Positions 60,000 to 64,000 of a stretch of DNA of 64,000 nucleotides are shown here, one piece after another; the first letter of the stretch is position 1; the number at the start of each line of letters is the position of its first letter. The translations under genes were made by a program, and so were the position numbers. The notes under the pieces are model-generated. The model ran no database searches, was not told the DNA's origin, and saw nothing but the letters and a program-made list of their open reading frames with translations. Where the stretch lies: assembly GCA_963782055.1 (NCBI GenBank), contig CAWAIF010000003.1, positions 3,744,001-3,808,000 on the forward strand. Direction: 5' to 3'. This stretch comes from an uncultured delta proteobacterium. GTDB lineage: Bacteria > Myxococcota_A > Polyangia > Polyangiales > Polyangiaceae.

Positions 60000-61657
60000 G
60001 CCTCCGGTGGCGGCGTGCGGCGGCGCACCCAGAGGAGGGCGAGGCCGGGGACGAGAAGGAGGGCGGGCCACGGCGAACCCCCGCCACCTGCGGCGTCGCA
60101 GCTGCAGCCGCCGTCGTTGCCGGGGTTGCCGGTGCCGGCGTCGTCGCCGATGCCTGCCTCGTCGAAGGGCATGCCCCCGTCCGGCTGCGCCTGCGGGCAC
60201 GTGGGCACGCCGCCGGTGCCGCCGTCCACGTGCAGCGCCGCCCACCCCTTCGGCGGGAACCTGGCGAGGGCACCCGCCGCCGTGTTCGTCTGTGCGACGG
60301 CGAGGATCTGCACGCCCTTCTTCACGGGCACAGTCACGCATGCGCTCACCGTGTCGCCGTCGGCGTCTCCGGCGAGCACGCCGTCCACGAAGAGGGAGAC
60401 GTGCTTGATCCCCGCGCCGCTGGTGTCGGTCGCGGTGGCGGTCACCTGCGTCTCGGCGTCCACCGCCTGGCCGTCGGTCACGCCGGTGATCGTCACCACC
60501 GGGCGCTTGGCGTAGGGCGCGAGCATCGGGTCGCCGACGACGAGGTTGCGCCAGTACGCGTAGGGCAGGCGGCGGAAGTACGCCTCGGCGAGCGTGGCGC
60601 CCTTGACGTAGTCCACCATCAGGTAGCGCGAGGGAAAGACGTTGTTGAGTGGCTCGTCGACGGTGCCGTGGACGCCGCCGACGCCCTTCTCCACCCAGCG
60701 CGAGATGGAGACCTGCGTCTCCCCGGTGGAGGCGAAGTTCTTCGGCACCGCGCCGAAGCTCGTCAGGTTGTCCACCAGCGCGCCCGGCAGGTAGGTGTTG
60801 CCCTCGATGGTGTCGCCGATGGACGCGGTGCCTGTGAAGAAGCCGGCGAGCGTCTTGCCGGTCAGGTTGGCGTCGAAGGGCACCTCCTCGGCGTCGGTGT
60901 AGCCGGCCGACTTGAGCGAGGAGATCACGGTCGGGTAGTCGCCGTCCAGCGCACCGCGCGCGCTGTCGGCGCCGTCCATGAAGAGGAAGGTGCCCTTGGC
61001 GCCACCGTTCTTCTCGGCGTCCATCGCGCTCTGGATGAGCATCTGGCCGTCGGCGTAGGAGCGGCCGGTGAGCATGGTGACGAGCAGGATCTTCCAGTCG
61101 ACGCCCGCGCGGACGGAGTCGTACCCGGGCCCGAAGGGGCCGTTGAGATAGAGCAGCGGGTTGACGTACTTGGCGCCGAGGCACGGGGAGCCGCAGTCGA
61201 CGATCTGCCCCGGGTCCTGCCCGAGCAGCGGCGAGGAGTCGGCGGTGAGCGTGGAGCGCCAGACGGAGAGGGTCGCGGCGAGGGAGGCGTTGTGCAGGGC
61301 GTTGCCGACCGGGATGGCGACGCGCAGGGGCACGCCGCGCATGACGACGACGGCCTCGATGCGATCCAGGACGCCGGCGTCCTTCAGGCACGCCTCGAAC
61401 GGGCCGTCGATCGCCGTCTGGTAGTCGGCGAGGCTGATGTCGTCGGTCGCCGGCATGCTCAGCTTGCACACCTGCCGCGCGGGTACGTCGCGCGCGGCGG
61501 CGTAGGCGTCGGCGAGCGCGCCGCTCTCCGGGATGTCGGCGTTGGCCAGCACCGCGACAGAGTCCGGACCCGGTGTCGCCGCGGCGACCCCGGCGAAGGC
61601 GAACACCCCGGAGCCGGCGAGGCCGGCGAACCAAGCGAGACGAAGGCGGCGGCCCAT
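59984..61657 (-). CDS. Exported TIGR03790-like protein with Ig-like domain and MYXO-CTERM-like tail
   Basis: Signal peptide, PDSVAVLAN...YAAAR, PGALVDNLTSFG, GTVDEP, VGDPMLAPY; tail GGCSC...PWPALLLVPGLALLWVRRR. Confidence 0.75.
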   Translation of the reverse strand: MGRRLRLAWFAGLAGSGVFAFAGVAAATPGPDSVAVLANADIPESGALADAYAAARDVPARQVCKLSMPATDDISLADYQTAIDGPFEACLKDAGVLDRIEAVVVMRGVPLRVAIPVGNALHNASLAATLSVWRSTLTADSSPLLGQDPGQIVDCGSPCLGAKYVNPLLYLNGPFGPGYDSVRAGVDWKILLVTMLTGRSYADGQMLIQSAMDAEKNGGAKGTFLFMDGADSARGALDGDYPTVISSLKSAGYTDAEEVPFDANLTGKTLAGFFTGTASIGDTIEGNTYLPGALVDNLTSFGAVPKNFASTGETQVSISRWVEKGVGGVHGTVDEPLNNVFPSRYLMVDYVKGATLAEAYFRRLPYAYWRNLVVGDPMLAPYAKRPVVTITGVTDGQAVDAETQVTATATDTSGAGIKHVSLFVDGVLAGDADGDTVSACVTVPVKKGVQILAVAQTNTAAGALARFPPKGWAALHVDGGTGGVPTCPQAQPDGGMPFDEAGIGDDAGTGNPGNDGGCSCDAAGGGGSPWPALLLVPGLALLWVRRRTPPPEATPDA

Positions 61658-61709
61658 GGCCGATGAGCTTACCGCCTTGCAGCGCGCGCGGGGACTCCTC
61701 CGGCGCGCG

Positions 61710-62579
61710 CTAGGCCGGAAGCCGCACGATGCCGCGGGGCGTCACGACGGCGTCGGCCAGCGGGGCGACGGCCGCCGCCCCCGGCCACACCACGGTGCGG
61801 GTGAGCGCGCCCTCGCCGGTGACGCGCGCGCCCTCCCCGACCACGCTGGCCTCCAGCGTCACCCCCGACGCGACGGCTGCCCCCGGCGCGGCCCACGCCG
61901 CCAGCCCGCGCCGGGCGAGCCACCCCCGGTTGGCGGCCAGGTATCCGGCGAGGGTGCCGATGTCGCAGAAGGAGGCGTCGGTCTCGAAGGCGCGCAGCTC
62001 CGCGCCGCGGCGCAGCGCGGGGAGGTAGACGTCACCGACGAGGCAGCCCTCTTCCGGCAGCGACGCGCGCAGGGAGGCGCCCAGCAGGTGGATCCCCAAG
62101 AACTCGCCGCCGCGCGCCTCCTCGGCGAAGGACTCGCGGCGCAGGCGCACCACGCGGCCCGCGGCGTCCAGCCCGACGTTGCCGGCCCCCTTCGCGCCGG
62201 GACGCACCGCGAGCGTCGCCTCGGCGGTGTGCGCGGCGAGCAGCGCGCCGAGATCCAGGTCGGCGAAGATGTCGCCGTTGTAGACGAGCACGTCGCCAGG
62301 GCCGAGCAGCGCCGCCGCGTGCGCGACGCCCCCGGCGGTGCCGAGCAGGCGGCCCTCGACCGACACCGCCACGCCCTCCTCCCCGCCGAAGGCGACCACC
62401 TCCTCGGCGCGGTGGAAGGCGTTGGCGACGACGCGGGCGATCTTCGCCGCCCGCAGCGCCCGCACCGCGTGGGCGATGGCCGGCGCGTCGCCCACCGGCA
62501 GCAGCGGCTTGGCGCGCTCCTCCGAGAGGGGACGCAGGCGCGTCCCCAGCCCTGCGGCAAGAACCATCCCGGAGATCAC
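61710..62579 (-). CDS. Sugar-phosphate nucleotidyltransferase (MurU / mannose-1-P guanylyltransferase-like)
   Basis: GMVLAAGLGTRLRPLS...KPLLPV, LGTAGG, YNGD, DIGT. Confidence 0.88.
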   Translation of the reverse strand: MISGMVLAAGLGTRLRPLSEERAKPLLPVGDAPAIAHAVRALRAAKIARVVANAFHRAEEVVAFGGEEGVAVSVEGRLLGTAGGVAHAAALLGPGDVLVYNGDIFADLDLGALLAAHTAEATLAVRPGAKGAGNVGLDAAGRVVRLRRESFAEEARGGEFLGIHLLGASLRASLPEEGCLVGDVYLPALRRGAELRAFETDASFCDIGTLAGYLAANRGWLARRGLAAWAAPGAAVASGVTLEASVVGEGARVTGEGALTRTVVWPGAAAVAPLADAVVTPRGIVRLPA

Positions 62580-62591
62580 CAGCGCGCCTTA

Positions 62592-64000
62592 TCACACCGC
62601 GGCGATCATGTCCTTCAGCCGGGCGCGCACCGCCGCCTCGTCGACGAGCGGGAGACCCGCGCCGGCCGCCGCGTCGGCCACCACCTTCCGCGTGCGCGCG
62701 CCGGAGGCCGCGAGGAGCGCCGCCGCCAGGGCGAGCTCCGCCAGCCGCGGCGCCGTGGCCGCGACGCGCACCGCGAGCGGGACGAGCGCGTCGATTGCCT
62801 TGCGGACCTGCGCGCCATAGAGGGCGTGGGCGGTGGTGACGCCCTCCTGCACGAGCTCGAGCAGGGCGAAGGCGGTGCCGCGGACCAGCGCGGTGTCGTC
62901 GGTGGCCGCGGGGCTCGCCGCGTCCGCCCAGAGCCCGCTGGCGAGCTGCCGCGCGAGGGTGCGGTCCAGCGGGCGCGCGGCGGTGGAGGGCGCGCCGGCG
63001 TGCTCGGCGCGCTCGTCGTGGACCGGCGCCGGCTGCGGCACCGGACCGCCCCTCGCCGCGAACGACTCGCTGGTGGCGCGCGACGACAAGCGCGCGGGGG
63101 CCGCGGCGCGCGGGGCCGCGCGGCCCATGAACGCCTCCCGCGCCCGCACGGCAGGGAACGCCGCCAGCGGCCCGGTGGGCGCGCCGGAGGGGATGCCCAG
63201 CACCGGACCGCCGCCGGCGGCGCCGTGCTCCGACGCCGGCGCGACCATTCCCCACCCCGCCGGCGCGCTGACCGGCACCACGCGCGTCTCGGGCATGCCG
63301 GAGCTGCGGCGATCGCCGGTGCGCTTCTCGATCACCACGAAGGATGTGTACGCGCTCGCCACGCGGTGCTCCACCGCGAGCTTCACGATGCGCGCGCGGT
63401 TCGCCCCGGCGCGCCGGCCCGTCGCGCCCTCGGCGCGCTGCGACAGATCGCGGATGCGCTCGCGCGCCCAGAGCTTCGGCACGGCGGGCGCACGAGCGCT
63501 CGCCGGCAGGTCCACCGGCACCGCCAGGTAGAAGGGCTGCCCGTCGCACTCGCCGCGCAGCTCCAGCCGGCCGCGGCCGGGGCGCTCGTAGCGGCCGAAG
63601 ACCACCCACGGCTCGCCATCGATCAGGGCGGGCAGGTCCGCGGGCGCGAGCTCGCCCGCGTCGACGTCCACCCAGCGCGCGGCCAGGCCGGTGACGCGCG
63701 CGGCGGTGGCGCGCGCGAACTGGGCGACGACCTTGTCGTCGATCCGCTCGCCGGGGTAGATGCCCTCGTACCCGCCGCCGCTGCGCCGCGCGAGATCGCG
63801 CAGGAGCACGTCGCTCACGTTGGTGCCGATGCCGAAGGTGTAGAAGCGGGTGGAGGAGGTGGGGATCGCCTCGAGGATCTGCTCCTCGTTGCCCACCTGG
63901 CCATCGGTGAGCAGGACGACCACGTCCGGCGCGCCGCGGACCGCGTGCACCAGCGGGGCCAGCATCTCGGTGCCGCCGCGGGCGACGAGCCCGGAGACCC
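62592..64000 (-). CDS. VIT/vWA-domain protein (5' end outside window)
   Basis: ARGGTEM, VLLTDGQVGNE, FGIGTNV, LWARERI, SAYTSFVVIE. Confidence 0.85.
   Translation of the reverse strand, partial: VSGLVARGGTEMLAPLVHAVRGAPDVVVLLTDGQVGNEEQILEAIPTSSTRFYTFGIGTNVSDVLLRDLARRSGGGYEGIYPGERIDDKVVAQFARATAARVTGLAARWVDVDAGELAPADLPALIDGEPWVVFGRYERPGRGRLELRGECDGQPFYLAVPVDLPASARAPAVPKLWARERIRDLSQRAEGATGRRAGANRARIVKLAVEHRVASAYTSFVVIEKRTGDRRSSGMPETRVVPVSAPAGWGMVAPASEHGAAGGGPVLGIPSGAPTGPLAAFPAVRAREAFMGRAAPRAAAPARLSSRATSESFAARGGPVPQPAPVHDERAEHAGAPSTAARPLDRTLARQLASGLWADAASPAATDDTALVRGTAFALLELVQEGVTTAHALYGAQVRKAIDALVPLAVRVAATAPRLAELALAAALLAASGARTRKVVADAAAGAGLPLVDEAAVRARLKDMIAAV

Overview
Very GC-rich, gene-dense bacterial chromosomal segment. 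It is most consistent with a myxobacterium (Myxococcota, probably Polyangiales-like): it carries Hanks-type kinases, an FHA-sigma54 activator, a MYXO-CTERM-like tail and many Cys-rich or DxG-repeat lipoproteins. About 54 real CDS are supported; most long ORFs in the six-frame track are GC-driven shadow ORFs. Layout: (1) 1-14.4 kb, a glycoconjugate cluster (ugd, epimerase, four GT4 glycosyltransferases, deacetylase, MMPL/RND transporter, MurJ-like flippase, lipase, UDG); (2) 14.6-26.3 kb, lipoproteins, a kinase-TerB-kinase divergon and a frameshifted SWIM-SNF2 helicase; (3) 26.7-37.2 kb, an unusual MCE/Mla lipid-transport locus; (4) 37-64 kb, mostly housekeeping genes (pyrF, TrmH-family methyltransferase, dnaE, coaE, argS, PabB/TrpE) mixed with lipoproteins. 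The MCE locus is the strongest candidate for a novel system. It is headed by an orphan T3SS SctJ-like ring lipoprotein, has two different permeases, has two ATPases whose motif losses are complementary (predicting one degenerate and one consensus ATP site), and has an embedded Cache-HAMP nucleotide cyclase. No rRNA, tRNA, CRISPR array, transposase or prophage was recognised. All calls come from reading motifs by eye; no searches were run.
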